Assembly: GCA_902766745.1 (NCBI GenBank)
Contig: CACXES010000008.1
Location: 400 to 64,399, forward strand
DNA length: 64,000 nucleotides
Origin: an uncultured Ruminococcus sp.
Lineage (GTDB): Bacteria > Bacillota > Clostridia > Monoglobales > Monoglobaceae
Direction of reading: 5' to 3'
Shown: piece by piece, positions 45,881 through 54,467 of the stretch
Layout: every line of letters starts with the position of its first letter
Position numbering within the stretch: position 1 is the first letter of the stretch
Translations under genes and position numbers: made by a program
The notes under the pieces: model-generated
What the model saw: only the letters and a program-made list of their open reading frames with translations
Told to the model about the DNA's origin: nothing
Database searches by the model: none

Positions 45881-46588
45881 TTGGATTTTGCATCTTTTGT
45901 CAAACAGGGTGCGACGGAATATATAAGTGACAGCTCTGCAATATCCGAGGCAGGGTATTGCACCTGCTTTGCCGTTGCGGACGGGCGCGACAGCCGCGGT
46001 GCGGCGCAGCTTGCGGTTCAGTCCATAATTTCTGACTTTGAGAGAACAAAAGCAATTACTAAATCATCGATTAAGGAATTTTTAGGAAATGCGGACACGA
46101 TACTTCGTGTACAGGAGCCGCCGCTTTCCGCAAGTGCGGCGATACTCCTGACCGACGGAGAGGTTGCCGTATGGGGGAGCATCGGTGATTGCAGAGTTTA
46201 TCATCTTCGCGATAACCTTCTGTATGACATTACCCCCGACGACAGTGATGCATATGCCCTGTACGCTGCCGGGGAGATAAGATACCCCAAAATCCGAAAG
46301 AATGCGGCGCGGCACAGCCTAAGCAGAGTTCTGGGCGGCGAAGCTCAGCCGGAATTTGAATTTTCTCAGCCGCAAAAGCTTCGGCCGGGAGACAGCATGC
46401 TCATATGTACGGACGGATTTTGGAGCTCAATACATGAGCGGAAAATCGAAAAGGCATTGAAAAAATCGTCAAGTGCGCAGAATTGGCTCGATATTATGGT
46501 TAAGACCGTGGAGAAGAACGTCAGCCGCCAAAAATATTCAAGGCTGAAGGATTCTATGTGTGCCATAACGGTTAGGGTGAGAGGATAA
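45881..46588 (+). CDS. PP2C-family serine/threonine phosphatase-like protein
   Basis: FAVADGRDSRGAAQLAV...VWGSIGDCRVYHL...MLICTDGFWS are PP2C-like acidic motifs. TTG start. Confidence 0.7.
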   Translation: MDFASFVKQGATEYISDSSAISEAGYCTCFAVADGRDSRGAAQLAVQSIISDFERTKAITKSSIKEFLGNADTILRVQEPPLSASAAILLTDGEVAVWGSIGDCRVYHLRDNLLYDITPDDSDAYALYAAGEIRYPKIRKNAARHSLSRVLGGEAQPEFEFSQPQKLRPGDSMLICTDGFWSSIHERKIEKALKKSSSAQNWLDIMVKTVEKNVSRQKYSRLKDSMCAITVRVRG

Positions 46589-46702
46589 ACCCGAACCTGC
46601 CAAAAACAATGAATTCGCCAAAAACAATGAATTTAGGCTTTCGGCCGGTTGTCTTGATAGGTTTATGATTTGGTGTCGGTCGGGGGAGCAAAAGAGGATA
46701 AA

Positions 46703-47077
46703 ATGAAAAGAGAATTGGGGATTGCGCGGTGCGGACTTGCGTGCTGTGTGTGTTCAAAGAATGATGAGTGCAGGGGCTGCCGTGATGACAGCTGCTCCGG
46801 TGCTGCATGGTGTGAAAACAGAAAATGCTCGATGGAAAAGGATTACAGCGGATGCTACGATTGTCGGGAGGAATGCTCAAGGGGACTTCTCTCGAAGATT
46901 AAGCCGGCTGCATTTCGCCTGTTTATACAGCGCTATGGAGTTGATGATTTGCTTGACTGCTTAGAGCGAAACGAGGCATGCGGAGTTGTGTATCACCGAA
47001 GCGGAATAGTCGGCGATTACGACGATTTCGATGACGTCGAACAAATAATTGAGTTTATCAGAACAGGTAAGAAATAG
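46703..47077 (+). CDS. Cys-rich DUF3795-like protein
   Basis: CGLACCVCSKNDECRGCRDDSCSGAAWCENRKCSMEKDYSGCYDCREEC. The start MKRELG follows AGAGGA. Confidence 0.55.
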   Translation: MKRELGIARCGLACCVCSKNDECRGCRDDSCSGAAWCENRKCSMEKDYSGCYDCREECSRGLLSKIKPAAFRLFIQRYGVDDLLDCLERNEACGVVYHRSGIVGDYDDFDDVEQIIEFIRTGKK

Positions 47078-47125
47078 TTTTATGTTTAAGCGGCGTGTGC
47101 CGCAGGAAAGGTTTAGGGTGATTAT

Positions 47126-47968
47126 ATGAAAAAGCTTGCTGCGGCGGTGTTTGTTTTATGTGCGGCGGGTTGTACGGTGTATGCGGAAACGACGGCTGCG
47201 GGGCTGATGTCGATTAGCCAGATAGAGCTTTCGGGGTACATTATGCTTGCCGGGGCGGCTGCTGCATTGATCGGAATACTTTTCCTGCTGATTTCGCTGC
47301 TTGTTAGGGTAAGGCAGAACTCGGTGTTGACGGACGAAGTTGAGATGAGCGAGGTTATTTCCGACGGTGTTGAGTGTGCAGCGTCAGAAGAAGCGGCGGA
47401 AGCTGAAGAAGACCAAGCCGAAGAAGCTGAGGAAAGCAGAGCCGCAGAGAGTGAGTCGGAAGAGAACGATGTCACCGATGAGGCGGACGGGTCAGATGTG
47501 AACGGAGAAACAGCGCAGGAGGTTGAAGAAGCCGTAAATTCCGATGCCGAGAGCATAGAGGAAGAAAATTCGAACAGAGCCGATGCGGAAGAGCAGGACG
47601 CCGAGAATGAGGAAATGGTAGCCGATACGGTTGATGAACCTGAGCCTGAAAAGATGAATGTGCGTATAACCATGACAGGTATAAATAACGCAGAGGTCAA
47701 GGTAGTGGAGTTTGCGGATTTGGCAACGGTCGGCAGACGAAGCGGAAATACGCTTATGCTGTCAGACAGAGCGGTGTCGGGTACACATTGCAGATTTACA
47801 TATTCGGACGGCACCGTATGGCTCGAGGATTTGGATTCCACAAACGGAACAATGTTGAATGATGAGAAAATCAAGCGTGCCGAGGTAGAGGACGGAGATG
47901 TTGTTCTGCTTGGTAAAAACAAGTTCAGATTGAAGGTTGTTATGCTGAATAACAATAAGCAGCAATAA
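47126..47968 (+). CDS. Membrane-anchored FHA-domain protein with an acidic linker
   Basis: Signal/TM (VFVLCAAGCTVYA), a second TM (IMLAGAAAALIGILFLLISLLV) and a Glu/Asp-rich linker. C-terminal FHA: VGRRSGNTLMLSDRAVSGTHCRF...LEDLDSTNGTMLNDEKI. Confidence 0.8.
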   Translation: MKKLAAAVFVLCAAGCTVYAETTAAGLMSISQIELSGYIMLAGAAAALIGILFLLISLLVRVRQNSVLTDEVEMSEVISDGVECAASEEAAEAEEDQAEEAEESRAAESESEENDVTDEADGSDVNGETAQEVEEAVNSDAESIEEENSNRADAEEQDAENEEMVADTVDEPEPEKMNVRITMTGINNAEVKVVEFADLATVGRRSGNTLMLSDRAVSGTHCRFTYSDGTVWLEDLDSTNGTMLNDEKIKRAEVEDGDVVLLGKNKFRLKVVMLNNNKQQ

Positions 47969-48051
47969 TTTTGCTGCATAAAAACATTTTGCACTTTGAA
48001 AAGCTCTCCGCCGTCTGCTTGGACGGTGTGAGGGCTTTTAAGCATAGAAAA

Positions 48052-48086
48052 GAGCCATCGCTCCTTGCAAGCATTGCTTTGCGCTG
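48052..48086 (+). repeat. Fragment of E1 (GAGCCATCGCTCCTTGCAAGCATTGCTTTGCGCTGC)
   Basis: It matches the GAGCTATCGCTC...CTCCTTGCAAGCATCGCTCTGCG segments of copies B and C, with the internal part missing. Confidence 0.55.
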
Positions 48087-48126
48087 CAATGCTTAAAATA
48101 TTTACAAATTCTTAACATGATTTTTA

Positions 48127-48155
48127 TTGACATATCATCTAATATGTGATACTAT
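48127..48155 (+). promoter_or_regulatory. Sigma-A promoter TTGACA-17-TACTAT (TGn-extended) upstream of the hemolysin-III gene
   Basis: Read directly. The resulting ~215-nt leader consists almost entirely of E1 copy C. Confidence 0.6.
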
Positions 48156-48169
48156 GTAGTGAGGCATTG

Positions 48170-48350
48170 TAATCTAAATGTAGATGCAGATTCAGATGTT
48201 CACCGCCTCTAAGGCGGGTTACATTTCAGAATTACAGTGGGAGTTTTAGTCTCCCGCCGAAACTTTGAAGAGCTATCGCTCACTACACAGATTGCAGTCT
48301 GTGTGGGGCTTTGCTCCTTGCGAGCACCGCTCTGCGTTGCTCCGATTTAT
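48170..48350 (+). repeat. Intergenic repeat family E1, copy C (long form), inside the hemolysin-III leader
   Basis: TAATCTAAATGTAGATGCAGATT...CACCGCCTCTAAGGCGGG...CAGAATTACAGTGGGAGTTTTAGTCTCCCGCCGAAACTTTGAAGAGCTATCGCTC...TTGCTCCTTGCGAGCACCGCTCTGCGTTGCTCCGATTT. Confidence 0.85.
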
Positions 48351-48378
48351 AATTCGATTTACTGAGGTGGTTTAAGCA

Positions 48379-49062
48379 ATGAAAACAAGGGCAAGAGTAA
48401 AGCTTAAGGATCGGGTACTGCCGGTGTACAGTAAGGGTGAAGAGATATTTAACATGGTTTCGCATATTGTCGGCGGTGCGGCCGGCATTTGTGCCATTAC
48501 GCTTTGCAGCATATTTGCGGCAATACACGGCAACGGATACGGGGTTGTGTCCGGGGTTATATTCGGGACGACAATGCTGATTTTATACACAATGTCAAGT
48601 ATTTACCACGGTCTGCGCTCTGCCGGTACGGCAAAGCGTGTGTTCCAGATTATTGATCACTGCTCGATATTTATTTTAATCGCAGGAACGTATACACCTA
48701 TTGCACTTTGCACATTGAGGGAGTACAGTACCTTTGAGGGATGGCTTATGTTCGGTGTGATATGGGGAATGGCTGCTATCGGAATAACGCTGAACTCAAT
48801 TGACCTGCGCCGATATAAGGTGTTTTCGCTGATTTGCTATCTTGTTATGGGATGGATGATCATTGCGCGAATTAACCTGGTTATCAGGCTCCTGCCGATG
48901 GCTGCTTTTGTACTTCTTTTGACCGGAGGAATTGCATATACCGTCGGTGCCGCATTCTATGTAATAGGAAAGAAGCATAAGTGGATGCATTCGGTTTTTC
49001 ATATATTTTGTGTTGTCGGAAGTGTGCTTCACTTTCTTATGATATTGCTTTATGTAATGTAA
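48379..49062 (+). CDS. Hemolysin III / PAQR-family membrane protein
   Basis: Seven-TM protein with N..SH..G, SS.YH and H.F....S..HF motifs (NMVSHIVGG, SSIYHGL, HSVFHIFCVVGSVLHF). Confidence 0.9.
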   Translation: MKTRARVKLKDRVLPVYSKGEEIFNMVSHIVGGAAGICAITLCSIFAAIHGNGYGVVSGVIFGTTMLILYTMSSIYHGLRSAGTAKRVFQIIDHCSIFILIAGTYTPIALCTLREYSTFEGWLMFGVIWGMAAIGITLNSIDLRRYKVFSLICYLVMGWMIIARINLVIRLLPMAAFVLLLTGGIAYTVGAAFYVIGKKHKWMHSVFHIFCVVGSVLHFLMILLYVM

Positions 49063-49083
49063 ATATTTGCGGCAATATAAGCT

Positions 49084-49117
49084 CCGCCCTTTGGATGTCC
49101 AACAGGGCGGATTTTTC
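49084..49117 (+). terminator. Intrinsic terminator after the hemolysin-III gene
   Basis: CCGCCCT-loop-AGGGCGG followed by ATTTTT. Confidence 0.7.
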
Positions 49118-49155
49118 TGTGCTGATGATCTCGGCTATCCCTGAAGAGCTTGCTG

Positions 49156-49188
49156 ATAAAAAAACAGAGGGCTAAACGTGCCCTCTGT
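49156..49188 (-). terminator. Putative intrinsic terminator for abrB
   Basis: The minus strand reads ACAGAGGGCACGTTTAGCCCTCTGT followed by TTTTTTTAT. Confidence 0.55.
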
Positions 49189-49288
49189 TAAAAAGAAAAA
49201 CAAAAAAGTTTGTCATACAGAATAATTCTCTCGTTGCATCAGATCAGAATATATGTATGCTGCATACGATCAAATAAATGCGTGAAAA

Positions 49289-49537
49289 TTACATTTCTTT
49301 GAGCTTTTCTGCACATTCACGACATATTTTTTTATCCATAAAGGTAATAATGTCGGTTGCGTTTCCGCAGAAGAGACACGCAGGCTCGTATTTTTTAAGT
49401 ATAATACACTCGTCCTTAACGTAGATCTCCAGCGGATCCTCATGGCTGATCTTCATTGTGTTGCGAAGCTCTTTAGGGAGAACAATTCTTCCTAACCTAT
49501 CAACTCTTCTTACTATGCCGGTTGATTTGATACTCAT
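49289..49537 (-). CDS. abrB: AbrB/SpoVT-family transition-state regulator with a CxxC...CxxC C-terminus
   Basis: MSIKSTGIVRRVDRLGRIVLPKELRNTMKI... is a swapped-hairpin domain. The C-terminus reads ACLFCGNA...ICRECAEKL. Confidence 0.85.
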   Translation of the reverse strand: MSIKSTGIVRRVDRLGRIVLPKELRNTMKISHEDPLEIYVKDECIILKKYEPACLFCGNATDIITFMDKKICRECAEKLKEM

Positions 49538-49586
49538 AATAAAAACCTCCTGATATTAATGCTTTGGTTTGGTCGACCATGATTAC

Positions 49587-49615
49587 AGTATATATCAAAT
49601 TTTTACAGTTGTCAA
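49587..49615 (-). promoter_or_regulatory. Sigma-A promoter TTGACA-17-TATACT for abrB
   Basis: Minus-strand hexamers lie at 49615-49610 and 49592-49587 with a 17-nt spacer. Confidence 0.5.
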
Positions 49616-49636
49616 GTGGGTTTGACAAAAAATACA

Positions 49637-51613
49637 TCAATTTTGTAAAAATTGGTTACTATTGCCATTATTTAATAAAATATTGTAGTTAAATTGCCAT
49701 GAATTAACATTATCATGCGTATGCACACTTTCCCATGACGACTGGGTAAGGCAGCGACCCTTGATTTTACGGCCTATACCAAGAATGTCACAACCGGTGT
49801 TTTGGCATTGAGAAACAGTATCGCGAAGCATGGATTCGACATGGGCAGAGATGTCCATATTGCCGTACAGAGCCTTGATGTTTATTTTAAGACATATGCT
49901 GACATTTGTGCCGTCGGTCGACTTTGAAACCTTTATATGCGGCTTTTTTGTACACGAAATGACTGCGTAGGAATCGCCGTCCTCTATACAGGCATCCGAC
50001 AGCGAGCCGGTAAGGAGCTTGTACGCCATTGCCTCACGGGCTCCGAGGCGAGCGGCGGGAGTGCCGTCGGAGAATATTTCCATTCCGGACAGGCCGTCCT
50101 TACCTACTATGGGAACAACGGCGTCATATGCCTTATCCAAGCTTCTGTTGACAAAATCCCTAAGCTGAGAGGTGGGGGCGTAGGGAAGATTCTCGTTGCC
50201 GAAAAAAAGCTCATAGTATCGGACGGCACTCACCTCGAGAGTAGGATCTACCGATTTCAGAAATTCCTCGGCGTTATCCGAGAGACAGAGATTGACCGAG
50301 GGGCGTACCTCGGAGGAGTTAAGAAGCTCTCGGGTATGAGAGAGCATTGACCTGTCCGCCGCAGCGAAGGAGAATACCGCCAGCTTCATGTGGGATAGAC
50401 TTATATTCTTTGAAATCAGACTTTGAAGTCTGTCCTTTGCTGCGTCAAGGCTGCCTGCGTTTACTGTGACGTTATCAACGGTTTTGCTTCCCTCACTTTC
50501 GCTGCCGGAATTTTCTGCGGATTTCTCCTCGGCACCCATGCTTCCGCCGGACTCAAGGGGATTTGAAAGCTGAAAGGTATACCTATAGCCGCCGTCTCCG
50601 ACCGAGTCTACACCGATAGCGACAACATAGGCACTGCGTTCGACTTCACTGCCGTCATAGCATCCGCAAAGTGAGAGGGTGAGCAGCAGACAAAGTATGG
50701 CGGAGCTGATTCTTTTGTGCCTTTTAATGCAGTGCGCAGCACACTTTCGGGCGATGTATAGGGATAACGTCAGATAGAGCAGGACGGAGTTTATAAGCGC
50801 ACCAAGGTAAATCAGGTCCGGGTGCGCCGCAATAGAATTTACCTCGGATGATTTGGTGAGAGTGAGCAGGAGGGGGTGAACGGCTTCGGCGGCCTCATAG
50901 CTGAAGTTTAGAGAAAAGGAGATAATTACCAGGACGTTTATGATGACAGCCGCAGAGGCTGCACCCATGACGGTTTTTGTATAAGAGTAGGGTGCCTTGT
51001 GCCGCGGGAGAAAGAATATTGCCGCCGCTCCCGAATGCATGGTCAGGGTGGACAGACCCTTGCCGAAGGTGCTGAGTGCGCCCTTGCCGAGGATAGGAGT
51101 AATATTATATATATCCCCGGAGCGTAGGCTCAGCAGGACAATAAGCAGAAGTGCCGCCGCACTGCCTGCGGCGCAGAGGGAGTGTATACGCAGAACCGAT
51201 CGACGTCCGTATATAACAGCGCACAGTGATGCACCGATAAGGAACAGGGATATGAACCACAGGGGCGATTTGGCATATGCCGATGCCCTAAGAGCGTTAT
51301 ATGCCGAGTAAAGCACATAGAGGAAGGAGAGAGAAAAATACACGGCGGCGGCACCGGAAATCAAGGCGGAGAGCCTGTGCGAGCGCCTTGCGGCAAAGCT
51401 GATTATACCCTCATCCGCTATGGGGCTGTATAGTTTAAGCAGGAGGTACAGTACAGCGAGAAAAATCAGCCCCGAAAACAGGGCGCACAGCCATGCTGCC
51501 GCACCGCCGTATTCAATATATGCTTCGGGACGGGCGACAAACAGCTTGTATAAAACAGAGTTAAAAACAATACAAATTAACTCCCAACGGCCGATATATT
51601 CTCTTGTGTTCAT
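49637..51613 (-). CDS. Spore germinant-receptor subunit: GerB-like membrane domain fused in frame to a GerC-like lipoprotein domain
   Basis: One 658-aa ORF. About 8 hydrophobic helices occupy aa 1-290. Next comes KRHKRISSAILCLLLTLSLCGCYDGSEVERSAYVVAIGVD, which is a Ger(x)C-type signal peptide, lipobox and N-terminus, followed by a ~350-aa soluble domain. Confidence 0.75.
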   Translation of the reverse strand: MNTREYIGRWELICIVFNSVLYKLFVARPEAYIEYGGAAAWLCALFSGLIFLAVLYLLLKLYSPIADEGIISFAARRSHRLSALISGAAAVYFSLSFLYVLYSAYNALRASAYAKSPLWFISLFLIGASLCAVIYGRRSVLRIHSLCAAGSAAALLLIVLLSLRSGDIYNITPILGKGALSTFGKGLSTLTMHSGAAAIFFLPRHKAPYSYTKTVMGAASAAVIINVLVIISFSLNFSYEAAEAVHPLLLTLTKSSEVNSIAAHPDLIYLGALINSVLLYLTLSLYIARKCAAHCIKRHKRISSAILCLLLTLSLCGCYDGSEVERSAYVVAIGVDSVGDGGYRYTFQLSNPLESGGSMGAEEKSAENSGSESEGSKTVDNVTVNAGSLDAAKDRLQSLISKNISLSHMKLAVFSFAAADRSMLSHTRELLNSSEVRPSVNLCLSDNAEEFLKSVDPTLEVSAVRYYELFFGNENLPYAPTSQLRDFVNRSLDKAYDAVVPIVGKDGLSGMEIFSDGTPAARLGAREAMAYKLLTGSLSDACIEDGDSYAVISCTKKPHIKVSKSTDGTNVSICLKINIKALYGNMDISAHVESMLRDTVSQCQNTGCDILGIGRKIKGRCLTQSSWESVHTHDNVNSWQFNYNILLNNGNSNQFLQN

Positions 51614-51663
51614 AGAAATCTCCTTATCCGCCGTCTGTGCGGCAATAAAACTTTTAAATCAAA

Positions 51664-53175
51664 CTACTTCATCCATTTTCTGCTTATATGAGGCTGACGA
51701 ATCGGGTCTTGAGTATTAAGGTTTTGAGGGCGACGTTCCTTTTTCCATATGGGCTTTACAAGGACGGCGTCCAAAGCGGAATCTCCGTCACGGGGCGTTA
51801 TCGGTGACAGAAACGGCACACCGAAGGTTGAGGCTGCGGAAAGGTGGGCAGAGAGGGCAAAAAGAGCGCACGCAAAGCCTAAAATTCCCGCGGCGGCAGA
51901 GGCGATAATAAATATAAACCTCAGTGCGGCGACGGAGCGTGCCAGAGCAACAGAGGGGGAGGCAAAGGCACCGAGACCGGCGATTGATACAATTATTATT
52001 GAAATGGGGCTGACGATATTTGCGTCAACTGCCGCCTGGCCGAGGATTAGACCGCCTATTATCCCTATGGTAGAGCCAACCGAGCCGGGAACTCGGACAG
52101 AGGCCTCCTTTATCAGTTCAAAGGCAAGCTCCATCAAGATAAGCTCAACCACAAGCGGAAAGGGAACGACCTCGCGGCTGGCTTCGATTGCAAGGAGAAG
52201 GTCGGACGGCAGTATTTCACGGTGGAACAGCATTACGGCAATGAACAGTCCGGGCAAAAACAGAGAAAGTCCAAGACCGACAATTCGCACCAGGCGCATA
52301 AAATTTGCCTCGGGAACCCTGACATAGTTGTCCTCACAGGCTTCGATCAGGTCTGCCGCCGTTGTGGGCAGAATCAATACATGAGGACTCCCTTGGACGA
52401 TGATAACTACCTTTCCTTCGGCGAGCATAGAGGCGGCACGATCGGGACGCTCGGTTTTGAGTGTGCGAGTCATGGGCGCAAAGGAGGAACGCTCCAGCAG
52501 CATTTCGATATCCGATGAGGAAAATATATAGTCAATATCGATAAGCTCAAGACGTCGTCTTACATCGTGTACAAGACTGCGGTTTGTAACGCCATCGATG
52601 TAAAGCATTGCGCACGGGGTATGGCTCTTGCTTCCGACCTTTATGTTCTCGGCGATCAAAGCCGGATCCTTTAGAATCTTGCGTATTAAGGCAAGATTGG
52701 TCATTATTACCTCGTTAAATGCCTCTTGAGGGCCGGAAAGACTCGCCTCACGTGTGGGGGCATCTACACCTCGTTTGTCCCAGCCCTTTACATCTGCCGC
52801 AAAACAGCAAGTACAGCCCTCGATAAATACGGCGCAGTGACCGAAGGTCAGCTTTTCGACAGTGCTTTCCATATCGGTTTCCTTGGTCAACGGTGCCAGC
52901 GTGATTATTTTTTTATACAGGGTTTCTTCGATAACGCTGCTGTCGGGGAGCTTTCCGGAGGGCTGTAGCAGGCCGCGCATAATATCACGGTTGAGATAGG
53001 TTTGGTTTACAAGTCCGTCATAAAATACAAGTATTGCCGGGAGCGAACCATCCTCAAAGCAGACCTCAAAGTCGCGTATGACAAAGTCGAAGTTGTACGG
53101 GACGGAGAAAAGCTCCTGCAGACGGTGCTTGTTTGTGTCCAGGCTTTTGCTGATCAGTGTTTTGGGTTTATCCAT
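51664..53175 (-). CDS. Spore germination protein, GerA (A-subunit) family
   Basis: 503 aa with a soluble N-domain plus a C-terminal 5-6 TM region. It lies directly upstream of the B/C gene. Confidence 0.88.
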   Translation of the reverse strand: MDKPKTLISKSLDTNKHRLQELFSVPYNFDFVIRDFEVCFEDGSLPAILVFYDGLVNQTYLNRDIMRGLLQPSGKLPDSSVIEETLYKKIITLAPLTKETDMESTVEKLTFGHCAVFIEGCTCCFAADVKGWDKRGVDAPTREASLSGPQEAFNEVIMTNLALIRKILKDPALIAENIKVGSKSHTPCAMLYIDGVTNRSLVHDVRRRLELIDIDYIFSSSDIEMLLERSSFAPMTRTLKTERPDRAASMLAEGKVVIIVQGSPHVLILPTTAADLIEACEDNYVRVPEANFMRLVRIVGLGLSLFLPGLFIAVMLFHREILPSDLLLAIEASREVVPFPLVVELILMELAFELIKEASVRVPGSVGSTIGIIGGLILGQAAVDANIVSPISIIIVSIAGLGAFASPSVALARSVAALRFIFIIASAAAGILGFACALFALSAHLSAASTFGVPFLSPITPRDGDSALDAVLVKPIWKKERRPQNLNTQDPIRQPHISRKWMK

Positions 53176-53312
53176 AGCTGTTATTCCTCGCAGAGTTTAT
53201 CTTAGTTTTGATTAGTGTTTCCGAAGCTCATGTAAAATATTCCTCATGTAATCATGTAATGTCTTTATCAAGCTTTAAATTATTCGGGCTTCATGAACTA
53301 TTATGTGAAATA

Positions 53313-53342
53313 ATGTAAAAAGGGTCACGGCAGAGTGACCCT
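53313..53342 (-). terminator. Intrinsic terminator overlapping the stop codon of the small membrane-protein gene
   Basis: The minus strand reads AGGGTCAC-tctgcc-GTGACCCT followed by TTTTTAC. Confidence 0.6.
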
Positions 53343-53726
53343 GATTAAAACATCGTGCAGCCGCTCGAAGATCAGCCCCACGGCAAACCATGCCGGGAGA
53401 TAATCAAGGCGGATTACGCCGTATATCGAAAACGGACCGCTGTAATGCCATGCCTCTATACCGATGAGACGGAGAAGCATGCCGCAGGCAAATTCCATGG
53501 CGAAAATCAGCACAGCCCAAATACAGCCGCGGGTAAAAAAATTGCAGCCGGCTATTATTCCGTGGACAGGCTCGAGCAAAAATACAGCGGAGCCATATAT
53601 AAAAAACATCCATACCGAGGTGTGGCCTACAAGGTTTATGTCTCCGCGCAGAGCCGAGGACAGACCCGTCCAAAGAACCTCCATATTCAATCCTAAAAAT
53701 CCGTATATAACAAATCGAGTAAGCAT
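53325..53726 (-). CDS. Small 4-TM membrane protein (DUF1113 / 'ABC-transporter type IV'-like)
   Basis: 133 aa, hydrophobic. MEVLWTG...GHTSVWMFFIYG resembles that family from memory. Confidence 0.5.
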   Translation of the reverse strand: MLTRFVIYGFLGLNMEVLWTGLSSALRGDINLVGHTSVWMFFIYGSAVFLLEPVHGIIAGCNFFTRGCIWAVLIFAMEFACGMLLRLIGIEAWHYSGPFSIYGVIRLDYLPAWFAVGLIFERLHDVLIRVTLP

Positions 53727-53768
53727 ATTAGTATGATTACTCGATTTGGGTAAAAATATTCACATTAT

Positions 53769-54443
53769 TTATTGAAGTATCATTTTATATTCGTTGCCTG
53801 CAACTATCACATGCCCCAAAAGCTGAATACCCAAAGTGTTAAGGGCGGCTCTGACCTGTGCTGTCATTTTCAAATCCGCCATAGACGGCTCACATCGGCC
53901 TCCGGGATGATTATGCGCCAGCACTATATAGCTTGCCTCGCTCAAAACAGCAAGTTTTGAAATCTTATGAACGGAAACACTCGTCTGTTCCGCTGTTCCT
54001 TCGGATATTTTATAGCTGCTTATAAGCTTCTTTTTGCTGTTCAGGCATATTGCATACAGAATTTCGACAACATGGCCGTAAAACATTGATTTTACATATT
54101 CTCCAATCTTATCGGGTGTATCGAGAATATCTGCGTGCTCTTTAGTGAAAATACATCTTTCCACAATCCCGAGGAGTATAGGCAAATCATGAAGAAATTC
54201 CGCCGTTTTCGGCCCTACGCCGTCTACCTCGGTAAGACTTTTTACGTCAGCACACAGCACATCCTTGATAGAACCAAAGGTCATAAGAAGCCTGTGAGCA
54301 ACTTCGTTTGTATCACCTCTCGGGATCACCGCGTACAAAAGCTTTTCAAGCTGTTCGTGCGGCTCTAAAAATTCAAGACCCAATATATGGGACTTTCGGT
54401 AAAGTCTTTGTCTATGTCCTTCGTGTATATCCTTTTGTGCCAT
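53769..54443 (-). CDS. radC: RadC-family JAB-domain protein
   Basis: HhH N-domain; JAMM motif VLAHNHPGG...PS.AD. Confidence 0.9.
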   Translation of the reverse strand: MAQKDIHEGHRQRLYRKSHILGLEFLEPHEQLEKLLYAVIPRGDTNEVAHRLLMTFGSIKDVLCADVKSLTEVDGVGPKTAEFLHDLPILLGIVERCIFTKEHADILDTPDKIGEYVKSMFYGHVVEILYAICLNSKKKLISSYKISEGTAEQTSVSVHKISKLAVLSEASYIVLAHNHPGGRCEPSMADLKMTAQVRAALNTLGIQLLGHVIVAGNEYKMILQ

Positions 54444-54467
54444 ATAAAACCCTCCGGACGGTAATGT

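Noticed and set aside
47122-48045. 307-aa minus-strand ORF, very Ser/Ala/Thr-rich, covering the whole FHA gene
   Set aside because: It is the mirror image of the GAA/GAG/GCN-rich acidic linker of the plus-strand FHA protein. It has no RBS or domain signature, whereas the plus-strand product has a clear FHA motif.
53176-53312. Forespore (sigma-G-like) promoter upstream of the gerA-family gene (GAATA-N18-AACACTAAT on the minus strand)
   Set aside because: It is plausible biologically, but the match is loose and the spacing ambiguous. It is not supportable without a PWM scan or transcript mapping.
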